Origin: Octopus vulgaris
Lineage: Eukaryota
Direction of reading: 5' to 3'
Assembly: GCA_951406725.2 (NCBI GenBank)
Contig: OX597831.1
Location: 68,944,001-69,008,000, forward strand
DNA: 64,000 nt
Position numbers and translations under genes: made by a program. Within the stretch, counting starts at the first letter, position 1. The number at the start of each line of letters is the position of its first letter. Of the stretch, positions 11,590 to 22,179 are shown piece by piece. The notes under the pieces were generated by a model. The model was not told the origin of the DNA and ran no database searches. It worked only from the letters and a program-made list of their open reading frames with translations.

Positions 11590-12400
11590 CCAGGAACAGC
11601 TATGTCATATGAGGCATGGGAATGGAGTTTTCTGAGAGGTGCAGATGACTGGGTGTGCTCAGCAGACCTCCCAGGATTAACAAAGCAATCAGAAATCATC
11701 AGGAAGACTGGCTTGAGGCTGGATATTGTACTCAATTACAGTTCATTAAAGCAAAGGGTTTTGATTGAACTCACCATGCTGTTTGAAAGTAGAATAAAAG
11801 AAGTGCACATGTTCAAGACTGAAAAATATGACAGCCTGGCCAACAGCCCGAGGGAGGCAAACTCTGGGTCAAAGTTCTCATCATAGGGCTTTGAGCCAGA
11901 CGCTTTGTGGGCAAATCTGCTTGCAATTTAATGAAGCAACTTTCAGTCTCCAGGAAGAACAGGACCAAAGTCCAAAAGGTAATATCAAAGAGAGCAGAAA
12001 GATATTCCAGCTGGATTTGGTCAAGGAAGAATAAAAACAATCTTCATACCATTCAATGACAATCTTTTCGTGCATTAATGCAATGGGAAGTAACTCTGAG
12101 TGAGCCATTGTGATAGCATCGACATTTCACTGCTACCATAGCAACCAACATTATTTCTTTAAACATGTATTTGAAAGCTGAGTCAATGGAGAGGAGTTAT
12201 TAGATGAAATCTCCTGGCAGTTCAAAAAGTAGGAAGGACACCCAGGAGTCATGACCTGGATGTGGCCCGGACCCCTTAGAGTGTAAGAAGTTATGGGTCA
12301 AAACACTTGTCTGAGGGGTGTTTCTTCTCTGAAGACCTTCTACTGTTCAGCTCTCTTGAGAGTATCTTACCCCTTAAGGATCTTAGATTTCCCTCAACCT
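11590..12400 (+). pseudogene. 3' part of a HERO-like non-LTR retrotransposon (restriction-like endonuclease domain)
   Basis: L.GADDW...ADL...IIRKTGLRLDIVL...LIELT.LFE.RI.E.H..K.EKY.SL matches the RLE consensus (RPDIV...IELT.PWE...K..KY) with P>L decay. Confidence 0.75.
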
Positions 12401-12532
12401 TGCCCGTTTTTGTTTTGAGTTCATGCAAAAGCTGCATTACATTGCAAACCCATTGATCAAGATCTACAAATCAAGATCTACAGAAGTGAATCAAAAGATC
12501 ATTTTATAATTTTGATGCTTTTCAAACCAATC

Positions 12533-12810
12533 ATTATCATCATTGTTCGACCGTGGTTGAGACAATGGAATTTACCATGTTACGCCAGACTTCACGGTCC
12601 ATCATAACATTATGGATTTCCTGTTGCTGGATGCCTGTATCCCTGGGGATTACATCAGGGTAGGAGAGTGTGCGCCCTCTGGTATCACAAGTAGGTGACT
12701 TCCAGAGGAGAAGAGTAGAAATTGCCTTGTTTTCAGCTCTACAACAATGTCCAGCAAACTGGACTCTCCTACCTTTCACAAGAGATGATATAGGTGGTAG
12801 TTTATATATA
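12533..12810 (-). pseudogene. RTE-like LINE ORF2 C-terminus with (ATG)n-like tail (distinct from family C)
   Basis: LPPISSLVKGRRVQFAGHCCR...LLLW...GR...MMDREVWRNMV resembles the RTE C-terminal RRLRFAGH...DR..WR. Confidence 0.75.
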
Positions 12811-12927
12811 TTCGTACTTTGGTTGGATGAAGCTTCCATGAGAGATTTTTGTTGTTTCAAACCAATGCTGTCCTACCTACTAATAGGTAAGTAAACAAGG
12901 TCATTGAGACTTAAGTATTTAATGTAG

Positions 12928-13226
12928 CCGTGTCGGTGGCACGAAAAAGCACCATCCATTCGTGGCTGTTGCCAGCCTCGCCTGGCCCCCGTGCCGGTTG
13001 CACATAAAAAGCACCATCTGATCATGGCTGTTTGCCCGACTCGTCTGGTACCTGTGCAGGTGGCACGTAAAAAGCACTCACTACACTCATGGAGTGGTTG
13101 GCGTTAGGAAGGGCATCCAGCCGTAGAAACATTGCCAGATCAAACTGGGCCTGGTGCAGCCTTCTGGCTTCCCAGACCCCAGTTGAACCGTCCAACCCAT
13201 GCTAGCATGGAAAGCGGACGCTAAAC

Positions 13227-13269
<43 letters not shown>

Positions 13270-13270
13270 G
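12928..13270 (+). mobile_element. RTE 3' end (family C)
   Basis: Three gtgccggtggcacgtaaaaagcac-type modules, the conserved 3' box and a long (GAT)n tail. Confidence 0.85.
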
Positions 13271-13462
13271 TGACAATGTAGCAATGGTGATAACATAATA
13301 TATGAAATAACTACATTTCTTCTGGCCTGAGGTTTTAGCAACCCTGGAAGAGTAGTTGACACTTACTACACTTCATCAAACGTGACCTAAAAGCAGTTAT
13401 AGGAAGGGTAATCTCATTCACCAATGGCAACTCTATACTTCACTGATAGCATACATCTAAAT

Positions 13463-13663
13463 CAGTGCTTTTCAAATGTTTTGCTGGAGCGGAACCCCAA
13501 GGAAACATTCCACTGGCTCGAGGAACCCCTGTGCAATAATTTAATAGTCTTATGCACACATATCTGCACAGGAGAATTAAAAATTACTGCCGATTTTAGC
13601 AGTTTTGTAACTTCGTGCGGAACCCCTGGACTGTACTGGCGGAACCCTGGTTGAAAACCACTG
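13463..13663. mobile_element. hAT-type MITE (201 bp)
   Basis: TIRs cagtgcttttcaa / ttgaaaaccactg; 8-bp TSD atctaaat at 13455-13462 and 13664-13671; internal cggaaccc repeats. Confidence 0.9.
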
Positions 13664-13938
13664 ATCTAAATCATAGTCTTGTTATCAATTCATAATATTA
13701 TTTTATAGTCATTTTTATTGGCAAGTAATTATTCAGTGTGCTGAGGAGCCAAGAATCTTCTGGAAATATTAATCGTGACGCATATTTGCCATTTGAATAT
13801 GGCTAACCCCTAAGGGTGGATGCTACTGTAGTTTGTAGCCCCAGGAAGATATCTCCTCCAGCTGGCTATAGACATACTATCTGTGCCCTATCAGTATTTG
13901 TGAAGGGAAGTCATCCTTCCTGTCTTCAACTTATGATA

Positions 13939-13983
13939 CACACGGACTCGAGTTTCAAGGTATTTACCTATCATCAGTGTGTG
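13939..13983 (-). ncRNA. Type I hammerhead ribozyme, minus-strand copy with a mismatch at the base of stem I
   Basis: cacaca-CTGATGA-t-aggt(aaat)acct-t-GAAA-C-TCGA-GTC-cgtgtg. Confidence 0.75.
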
Positions 13984-14236
13984 ACAATCATCGTTGTCGA
14001 CGAGAATTCAGTTTCCCTCACAAATACATATACTTTTTCCAGTGTCGATTGACACTGATATTGAAAAAGTGAAATCAAGCAATGATAAATCTCAGAGCGA
14101 GTTATAAGCAATAGCGGTAATACATCGTGACGCATCATTGTTTGATTTCACTTTTTCAATATCAGTGTCAATCGACACTGGAAAAAGTAAATGTATTTGT
14201 GAGGGAAACTGAATTCTTGTCGACAACTATGATTGT

Positions 14237-14281
14237 CACACGCTGATGATAGGTAAACACCTTGAAACTCGAGTCCGTGTG
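14237..14281 (+). ncRNA. Type I hammerhead ribozyme with intact core
   Basis: cacacg-CTGATGA-t-aggt(aaac)acct-t-GAAA-C-TCGA-GTC^cgtgtg. Perfect 6-bp stem I, extendable by tatgat/atcata; predicted cleavage after C14275. Confidence 0.85.
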
Positions 14282-14507
14282 TATCATAAGTTGAAGACAG
14301 GAAGGATGAATTCCCTTCACAAATACTGATAGGGCACAGATAGTGTGTCTATAGCCAGCTGGAGGAGATATCTTCCTGGGGCTACAAACTACAGTAGCAT
14401 CCACCCTTAGGGGTTAGCCATATTCAAATGGCAAATATGCGTCATGATGTGTTACCGCTACTGTTTATAACTCGCTCTGAGATTTATCATTATATATATA
14501 TATATAT

Positions 14508-14790
14508 ATCTGTAAATGTAATATGTGACAATTATTAGGTAGCCAAGATAAAACTCCGAGTTTCGGATGCCGAGGTGGAAATCCACACCGACCATCGGAA
14601 AAATACTTTTTCCGATGGCCAGATAACTGAAGAGATGGTGGCGTGGATTTCCACCTCGGCATCCAAAACTCAGAGTTTTATCTTGGCTACTGAATAATTG
14701 TCACATATTATTTTACAGATAAATTCCTCTATTTACATAATATAGAGGTCTCTTTCTTTCTTTTGTTATCTTACCGTTTTTACCAATATA
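14508..14790. mobile_element. Fold-back hammerhead element, family D (copy 1)
   Basis: Inverted arms 14508-14587 and 14643-14720; inner palindrome 14592-14618; hammerhead-like motif on + at 14621-14683. Same family as 43975-44196. Confidence 0.75.
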
Positions 14791-14859
14791 TATATATATA
14801 TATTTATATATACATACATGTGTGTGTGTGTATAAAATGGTTAGGCTTGGGCATTTAGG

Positions 14860-15130
14860 GATTTTTGATGCATTTGTCTTTATTTCCTTTCATCACCCTA
14901 CTCTCTTAAGGGTCTTATACCTAAATACAGTAGTTATTGAAGGACCCCTATGCCTCATTGTATGATTGTTAATCCTTTGGTACTCATTCTTAACTTATGT
15001 TTTCCTGCAAGTATTAACTTGCAGAGTTTCTTGAGAAATATTAGCAGCGTCCACATGAGTCAAGAAAAGCCTGCAATGTCAATGGGAACAGCCATTCCTC
15101 CAAATCCAATAAGTGAAGAAAGGAAAAAAT
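14860..15130 (-). pseudogene. Highly decayed LINE RT fragment
   Basis: Minus strand AVPIDIAGFS*LMW resembles LDIAGAFDRVWH. Confidence 0.4.
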
Positions 15131-16501
15131 GAATACACCAATTTGTACATGGCACCTACAAATTCAATTATGTTTAGTATCTAGGAGAATAAAACGTTCT
15201 ACCAGTCTGACTTTCCCTTGATACATTTTACACATTTTATATGAAGATACTTTTAGTGTTGTCCAAACAACTCAGTGGGCTATGAGTACAGTGTTATTTA
15301 TTTTATTTTCTAGGATATAGTCATGTAATTCCTATTTATAAAGGTTGCATTATGTTAATTTTCTGCTGAATTTATCCTTTTGAACATAATAGCTATTATA
15401 GTTAATCCTTAGCATTGATAAAATGGTGCTACCGAACTCTCCAAATAATTTGACTAGCAATGATCAATAGAAGGCTAGTTAAAAATAAATATGAACTCAT
15501 TTGCAACACTGAACAAAATATAATAGTGGTGAAATTATTCATAACAAAGTGTATAACTTTGTTCATTTTTTTAAAAAATAAGATAAAACATGAAAAAAAA
15601 ATGAGATGGAAACCACCACTCAGTTTCAGAGGTCAACTACTCTATTAATATTGTGTGAACTTATTGATTGACCAACTAAAATGCTTTACTATTTGAGTTC
15701 AAATCTCAGTGATGTCCACTTTTTATTCTACCATCATAAAAAAAACTTGTTAATAAAATAATTTGTGAAGTTGATGTAATCAACTACTCTTTAGGAAGTG
15801 ATGCCTGACTACAGACTCTGTCTAATCATTGATTCCAGTAAAAAAGTAAGCAAAATAATCAGTCATTCATAGTGGTGCAAGATATTTATTTGGGTGCAGT
15901 TGTCAGTATTTAAAAGAAAATGGTTTATTACGTTCTGGTCATCACATACAGATCAGCTCAAAACCTGATCTTCGAAACTGTTTTAAAGCTGAGTGAGATC
16001 TTTAGAGGACTAGTTTCTGAAGTTGCGTCGAGTAATTTTTGCATTCAATTTGGCCTTCTGCTTTCCATCACTTATAGAAATGGTTCTGAGATACTTGGAC
16101 TTCACCTGCTTCAGAGTGGAACTGGTGCAATGATATGTCAAATTCAGAACTTGGTGATCAGAAGAAGGCACCAAATGAAAAAAACGGAAACACTATTTTC
16201 TATTTGGTTTTTACCTAAGGCCTTAAATTTTGTGGTAGTGAGAAAACTAAGATCCCCAAAATAAGCAGCCAAAATGTGGTTTCTCAGAAGAGTAAATGGG
16301 GTAATATTACTCAATACACTATGCTGCTTAGATACTAGAAAGATACTCAGGGTTGAGCTACAATTTCTTCACACTGAGAGGTCAGAACTCTGATACAATG
16401 GGCAGGCAATTAGAATGTTTCAGGAAAGATTCACCAGACAGATTTTACTAACGATACACTCTGGCAGGAGGCCTGATGGTAGATCATGAGCAAGATGATT
16501 G

Positions 16502-16806
16502 TTTGTTCCTTCTCAAGCCATGCCTGGCTCATAAGGGCCGGTTTCCTGGTTTCGTGGCGTATAGGTTCCCCATCTGGACGGGACGTCAATCCGTCGCAGG
16601 TGAGCTGCAAGATGCAGGAGGAAAGAGAAAGAGTGAGAGAAAGTTGTGCCGAAAGAGTCAGCAGAGGTTTGCCATTACCTTCTGCTGGAGCCGTGTGGAA
16701 CTTAGGTGTTTCGCTCATAAACACACACATCGCCCGGTCTGATATTCAACCCACGATCCCTCGACCGCGAGTTTGCTGCTCTAACCACTAGGCCATGTGC
16801 TTCCAC
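16502..16806 (-). mobile_element. tRNA(Arg)-like SINE family E (shares head and body with family F, different tail)
   Basis: Reverse complement gtggaagcacatggcctagtggttagagcagc...ctcgcggtcg. 13-bp TSD agcaagatgattg at 16489-16501 and 16807-16819. Confidence 0.88.
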
Positions 16807-16875
16807 AGCAAGATGATTGGATAATATTCACAGTTTTGGTTGGTCTCAGAACCTTTAACTTGGGCAATGAAAGTG

Positions 16876-16996
16876 AATGGATGGATGGATGAATGAATGA
16901 ATGAATGGATGGATGTATGGACGGACGGATGGATGGATGGATGGATGGATGGATGGACGGATGGACGGACGGACGGAGTAGAGTAGAGTAGAGTAG
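16876..16996 (+). repeat. (GGAT/GGAC/GAAT)n plus (AGAGT)n microsatellite
   Basis: Directly visible tetranucleotide and pentanucleotide repeats. Confidence 0.9.
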
Positions 16997-19193
16997 TGGT
17001 TTGCAATTTACATCTCTAAACTCTAATGAAAGACCAGAGCTCAGAATTGTTGGCTAGTGAAACACTGGTTATAATTAGTTTTTCTGTTTATTATAGAAAT
17101 AAGCTGTAACTGACCATAGTAACTATGTTTAGGATAGATGGCCAAGCCAATATAACTGATAAATCTCTGTCAATTAATCAGAACTTCATCGATGACATAT
17201 TAACTGTTGACTAATTGGAAAGTTTTCTAACAACACACTCTTGTCGTAGGTTTTGTTTTTGCTGTTGTGTAACTCAAATCACATCTGTTTGAGTGTTGCT
17301 ACATTACTGAAGTAGCCGATTGAGAGTAGTTTTTCTTACATGAATTTTATGATAAGCAATGCAATTTTAAGTAGGTGGTCACTTCTTACAAAACAGTATT
17401 TAATTTGTTGAAGGAGATTTAATTACAATGATAGTTATCACAGCAAAAGCTGAAAACTGTCATGCTGTCATAAGCCAGCATAGATTTGTGTGAATTCAAC
17501 AGATTTTTATATATGGAATCATTATTGCTCGAGACATATAATAAGATAAATTTAATCACATTGTTTAAATGACAAAATTCAATTAATTATAATTATGAGT
17601 AAATGAAAGAAAACACTAAAAAAATTATTGAATAATATTCCATTCTGATATCTGTTTAAGTGCTACAAGTTTTGATGATGGTGATGAAATATTCAAAGAA
17701 AAATTTTAAAAGTGTAATGTTTAAGCAAATTTTGTAAAACTGTTCCACACTTTTTATAAAAAATATATAAACATGTTTTCTTTTATAGAAAGCATTTTTT
17801 TGTCTTTCATTGCATCTGTATTAAAACACATTAGTGTATATTCAAGTGGAAGTATTGCATTTTGATTATTGAAATTTTAATTCATTAGTTTTTGTGGAGT
17901 TTTTTAATGTATCAAATATTTTGTCTATTTGTGTCAGGATGCATTACAACAATCCTGCATGGAATGAAAGATTTTGTTAAGATGTCCATGTATTCTAGTT
18001 TTACCATCCCAGATATATGAGAAGTATTCCTATATGAGATGCACTTACACCTTGTGACAGATTACCAAATTTTCAGTGATGATGTATTTCTAGCTAAATG
18101 TCTAATTGGACTAAGATTCCTCTTCCAGTTTTAATGTGAAGATTATTAATTCAGTTTTCTATTTCTCTAGTAACAAGAAAAGAAGCTAGTTAGAAAATCT
18201 CTATCAGAGAGAAAAGCAACTATACTGAGAAGAAATATTTATCACATCAATATGACTGTTCTGTAGGAATCGACCTTACTACCATTTTTAACCCTGGGAG
18301 GAACCTCCTCCAGTTGGTTATCAATGCAATCTGCACCCAATACATATTGCAAGCAGGGGAGTGAACTCCTACCATCTTCTAGCAGACAACAGGATCATCA
18401 TAAATATTATTTCTCTAGTCTTCTAAAACAACTTTCACAATAGAGACAATAGCTTTTAGTTGTGAATTGGTTTGTAATGTAACTTGTATTTATGAGAAGC
18501 TGAGGTAATTAGGAATTCAGTATAAATTTCAGCTTCTCAGTCGTAAAATCCCAAAATCGCATATGTTCACATTTTGCAACTAATGTCAAGTTAAATATCC
18601 TTTCTCTTTATTACTTTTCTCTCTTGCTTCATTTCAACAATTTTGAAATTTCCAACCTGATAAATATAAGGAAAATATTAAACTGTATTGGAATTCTTAT
18701 TCCAGTTTCAATAAGTATATTTCTTTACTCTGTTTTTCCTTTCTTTAACATTCAAACCTTGTCTGCATTGGTTTCTCTGTTCATTGCAAGAATATTCCCT
18801 TCTCTATTCTATAGAACAGAACATAAAGGGTGAGCCAGATAGTTTATTGAAGTGCTTTGCACTGAGAACTTCTATATCTATAACAGTGTTCTTTCAACCA
18901 AAAGGCATTAATATTATATTTTAAAGAAACATGAAAAACAATACATACCAAAATAGGCATATGTAAGGAATTGAATTTCTCACATCTGCCATGCTTTACT
19001 TGAGGTTGTTTTAGGACTCTCTTATGGAACTATATCAGGTTCTAGCTGGCTCTTTGAAGCTGTTCAATACAGCTATGGCACTATGCTATCATCAAAATCA
19101 TCATCATATACAAATAAAAAAAGACGGAAATGATGATGTTTATGATAATGATGATAATGGTGATGATGATTATCATCATTGTATTTGACTGTT

Positions 19194-19617
19194 ACTCTCT
19201 TTTATTCTTTTACTCTTTTACTTGTTTCAGTCATTTTGACTGTGGCCATGCTGGAGCACCGCCTTTAATCGAGCAAATCGACCCCAGGACTTATTCTTTG
19301 TAAGCCCAGTACTTATTCTATCAGTCTCTTTTGCCGAACCGCTAAGTGACGGGGACGTAAACACACCAGCATCGGTTGTCAAGCAATGCTAGGGGGACAA
19401 ACACAGACACAAACACACACACATACACACACACATATATATATATATACATATATACGACAGGCTTCTTTCAGTTTCCGTCTACCAAATCCACTCACAA
19501 GGCATTGGTCAGCCCGGGGTTATAGCAGAAGACACTTGCCCAAGATGCCATGCAGTGGGACTGAACCCGCAACCATGTGGTTGGTTAGCAAGCTACTTAC
19601 CACACAGCCACTCCTGT
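19194..19617 (-). mobile_element. SINE family A
   Basis: Near-identical to 727-1136. Confidence 0.9.
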
Positions 19618-19904
19618 GGTAACATTCATGGAATATTTGGTACAAATTCCAGGCAGTTAGTTGAACTGGAGTAATGTAGAGTTGCTCTATCACAGCTAAC
19701 ATATCCCTTTCTGCTAAATGAACTGAGATGCAATGCAGAGTATTGTCCAGAAACCCTTCATCTGATAATTTATTTGAATTGAAAACATTTGAAGAATTAC
19801 TCTAATAAAGGATTCAGGTATTTCTTTCCTATGTATTTAAATAAGTTATGCTCACAGGACAGCCTGCTGTGCTAACCTTGGATTGTAGAGTGACCCGTTG
19901 TTCT

Positions 19905-20257
19905 TCAGGAGACCTGTTGAGTCAAGTTCGTTAAGACACCCATGCCGATGACACGTAAAAGCACCGTTCGAGCATGGCAGTTACTAGCGTCGCCTGACTG
20001 GCGTCCGTGTCAGTGACACGTAAAAGCATCAACCGATCATGGCCATTTGCCAGCTTGCTCTGGCTCCTGTGCAGGTGGCACGTAAAAGACACCCACTACA
20101 CTCATGGAGTGGTTGGCGTTAGGAAGGGCATCCAGCTGTAGAAACACTGCCAAATCAGACTGGAGCCTGGTGCAGCCTTCTGGCTTCCCAGACCTCGGTT
20201 GAACCGTCCAACCCATGCTAGCATGGAAAACGGACGTTAAATGATGATGATGATGAT
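19905..20257 (+). mobile_element. RTE 3' end (family C)
   Basis: Conserved 3' box and (GAT)n tail. Confidence 0.85.
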
Positions 20258-20971
20258 TTTCACTTGCCTTAATCAAATAACTGACTGCATTGAGAAAATG
20301 GAGTAGTGATGATTTGAAACTGAATCACTGGGTAGGTGAGCAGACATCATACGCAGACCACAATGGTTTCACATGATCAGTCTGTTAAGTGATGAATCTG
20401 CATCAGGCTATTGCATGATTTGATTTTCAAAACTTTTTTCACTGTGCCCTACATAATGGCAGTTTTTGGTGGGAATCAATGAGGCAGCTACATGATGTCA
20501 CCATTCTCATCTCCACACCCAGCCAATTAAGACAGGTGACAAATAGTAGACAGGAGATTTTGTCGCCGTGAATGTAACATAGTTATTTTCCAGCAACCAC
20601 AGATTGCTATATCAGTTAACTTGTTGTAAATCCCAAACAGTATATCCTTCCTGTATGTAATTATTGTTATTAGTATTTGTAAACGATCAACAGAGAAAAC
20701 ACTATGTGCAGTAATAAAGTCTTCTGTTAATTGTTCTTGAGTGTTGCTACTTCTTCATGCAGCCTGAGAAATACATCTTCATTCACTAACTCAACAGATA
20801 CCATAACGGTTTTAGAAGCAATGCCAAACCACTTTCATGTGACTATGTTATTAATGAATCAGACAAGAAAGCAGAGTTTTATAAAAATAATACGCAACGA
20901 GTTGAAAAACTTTGATCAATTAAGTGAGAAATTAGTTGACTAAAACTGCCTCCAGACTGAGACAATTTCAA

Positions 20972-21371
20972 AGGAGTGGCTGGGTGGTAAGAAGCTTGCT
21001 TACCAACCACATGGTTGCAGGTTCAGTCCCACTGCGTGGCATCTTGGGCAAGTGTCTTCTGCTATAGCCCCGGGCCGACCAATGCCTTGTGAGTGGATTT
21101 GGTAGACGGAAACTGAAAGAAGCCCGTCGTATATATGTATGTGTGTGTGTGTTTGTGTGTCTGTGTTTGTCCCCCTAGCATTGCTTGACAACTGATGCTG
21201 GTGTGTTTACGTCCCCGTCACTTAGCGGTTCAGCAAAAGAGACCAATAGAATAAGTACTAGGCTTACAAAGAATAAGTCCCGGGGTCGATTTGATCGACT
21301 AAAGGCGGTGCTCCAGCATGGCCGTAGTCAAATGACTGAAACAAGTAAAAGAATAAAAGAGCAAGTAAAGA
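20972..21371 (+). mobile_element. SINE family A
   Basis: aggagtggctgggtggtaag...aaatgactgaaacaagtaaaag. Confidence 0.9.
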
Positions 21372-21439
21372 GTATGTCTAAGGGTGGCCTTCAAATTTTT
21401 GTAGAAAAGCTTTTAAATCCAATTTTTCAACTTCATGTG

Positions 21440-21835
21440 TGTATTTGTATTTATCTCTCCCCACTTGACTTGACAGCCGGTGCTTGCTTTCTTTGCATCC
21501 TTGGTAATTAGCAGTTTCAGTAAAAGAGGCCAACAGAATAAGTGTTAAACTTCGAAATAAGTACCGGAGTTGTAAGTGGATTTGGTAGATGGAAGCTGAA
21601 AGAAACTCATCAAATATCTGTGTGTGTGTGTGTGTGTCTTTGTGCTGGTCACCCACCACTGCTTGACAACTGGTGTTTATTTATGTTCCTGTAACTTAGT
21701 GGTTTGGCAAAAAGAGACTGATAGAATAAGTACTAGGCAAAAAACTAAAATACTGGGGTCAATTCATTTGACTAAAAGGTCTTCAAGGCAGTGCCCCAGC
21801 ATGGCTGCAGTCTAATGACTGAAGCAGATAAAACA
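21440..21835 (+). mobile_element. Two older, partial SINE family A copies
   Basis: Diverged cttgacaac.ggtg...agaataagt...ccccagcatggctgcagtc blocks. Confidence 0.7.
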
Positions 21836-21861
21836 TACATGTGTGTATGTATATAGATATA

Positions 21862-22087
21862 TATTTCTTTACTACCAACAAGGTGCTAAACACAGAGGGG
21901 ACAAACAAGGACAGACAAACGGATTAAACCGATTATATCTACCCCAGTGTGTAACTGGTACTTAATTTATCGACCCCGAAAGGATGAAAGGCAAAGTCGG
22001 CCTCGGCGGAATTTGAACTCAGAACGTAATGGCAGACGAAATACGGCTACGCATTTCGCCCGGCGTGCTAATGTTTCTGCCAGCTCG

Positions 22088-22090
<3 letters not shown>
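21862..22090 (-). mobile_element. SINE family B
   Basis: Matches 5505-5737; abuts (TA)n at 22091-22161. Confidence 0.9.
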
Positions 22091-22164
<74 letters not shown>

Positions 22165-22179
22165 AGTGAGTTATAGCAA

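Larger units (their letters stand above)
13772..14491. mobile_element. Inverted dimer of a 352-nt hammerhead-containing unit (retrozyme or PLE mini-element)
   Basis: 315-bp inverted arms 13772-14086 and 14134-14448 with about 9 mismatches. Terminal redundancies atcgtgacgcat (13772, 14124) and atcatt (14134, 14486) each give a 352-nt period. Confidence 0.85.

Noticed and set aside
12928-13085. Palindromic repeat plus spacer pattern resembling a CRISPR array
   Set aside because: The spacers are homologous to each other, the array is part of a dispersed RTE 3' UTR, and there are no cas genes in this eukaryotic context.
13816-14404. Two near-identical 78-aa ORFs on opposite strands
   Set aside because: They are a by-product of the inverted duplication, start at a GTG, have no recognisable domain and run antisense to the ribozyme.
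15920-16264. 114-aa ORF in apparently unique sequence
   Set aside because: No recognisable domain or splice support; only a faint resemblance to a decayed transposase C-terminus in another frame.
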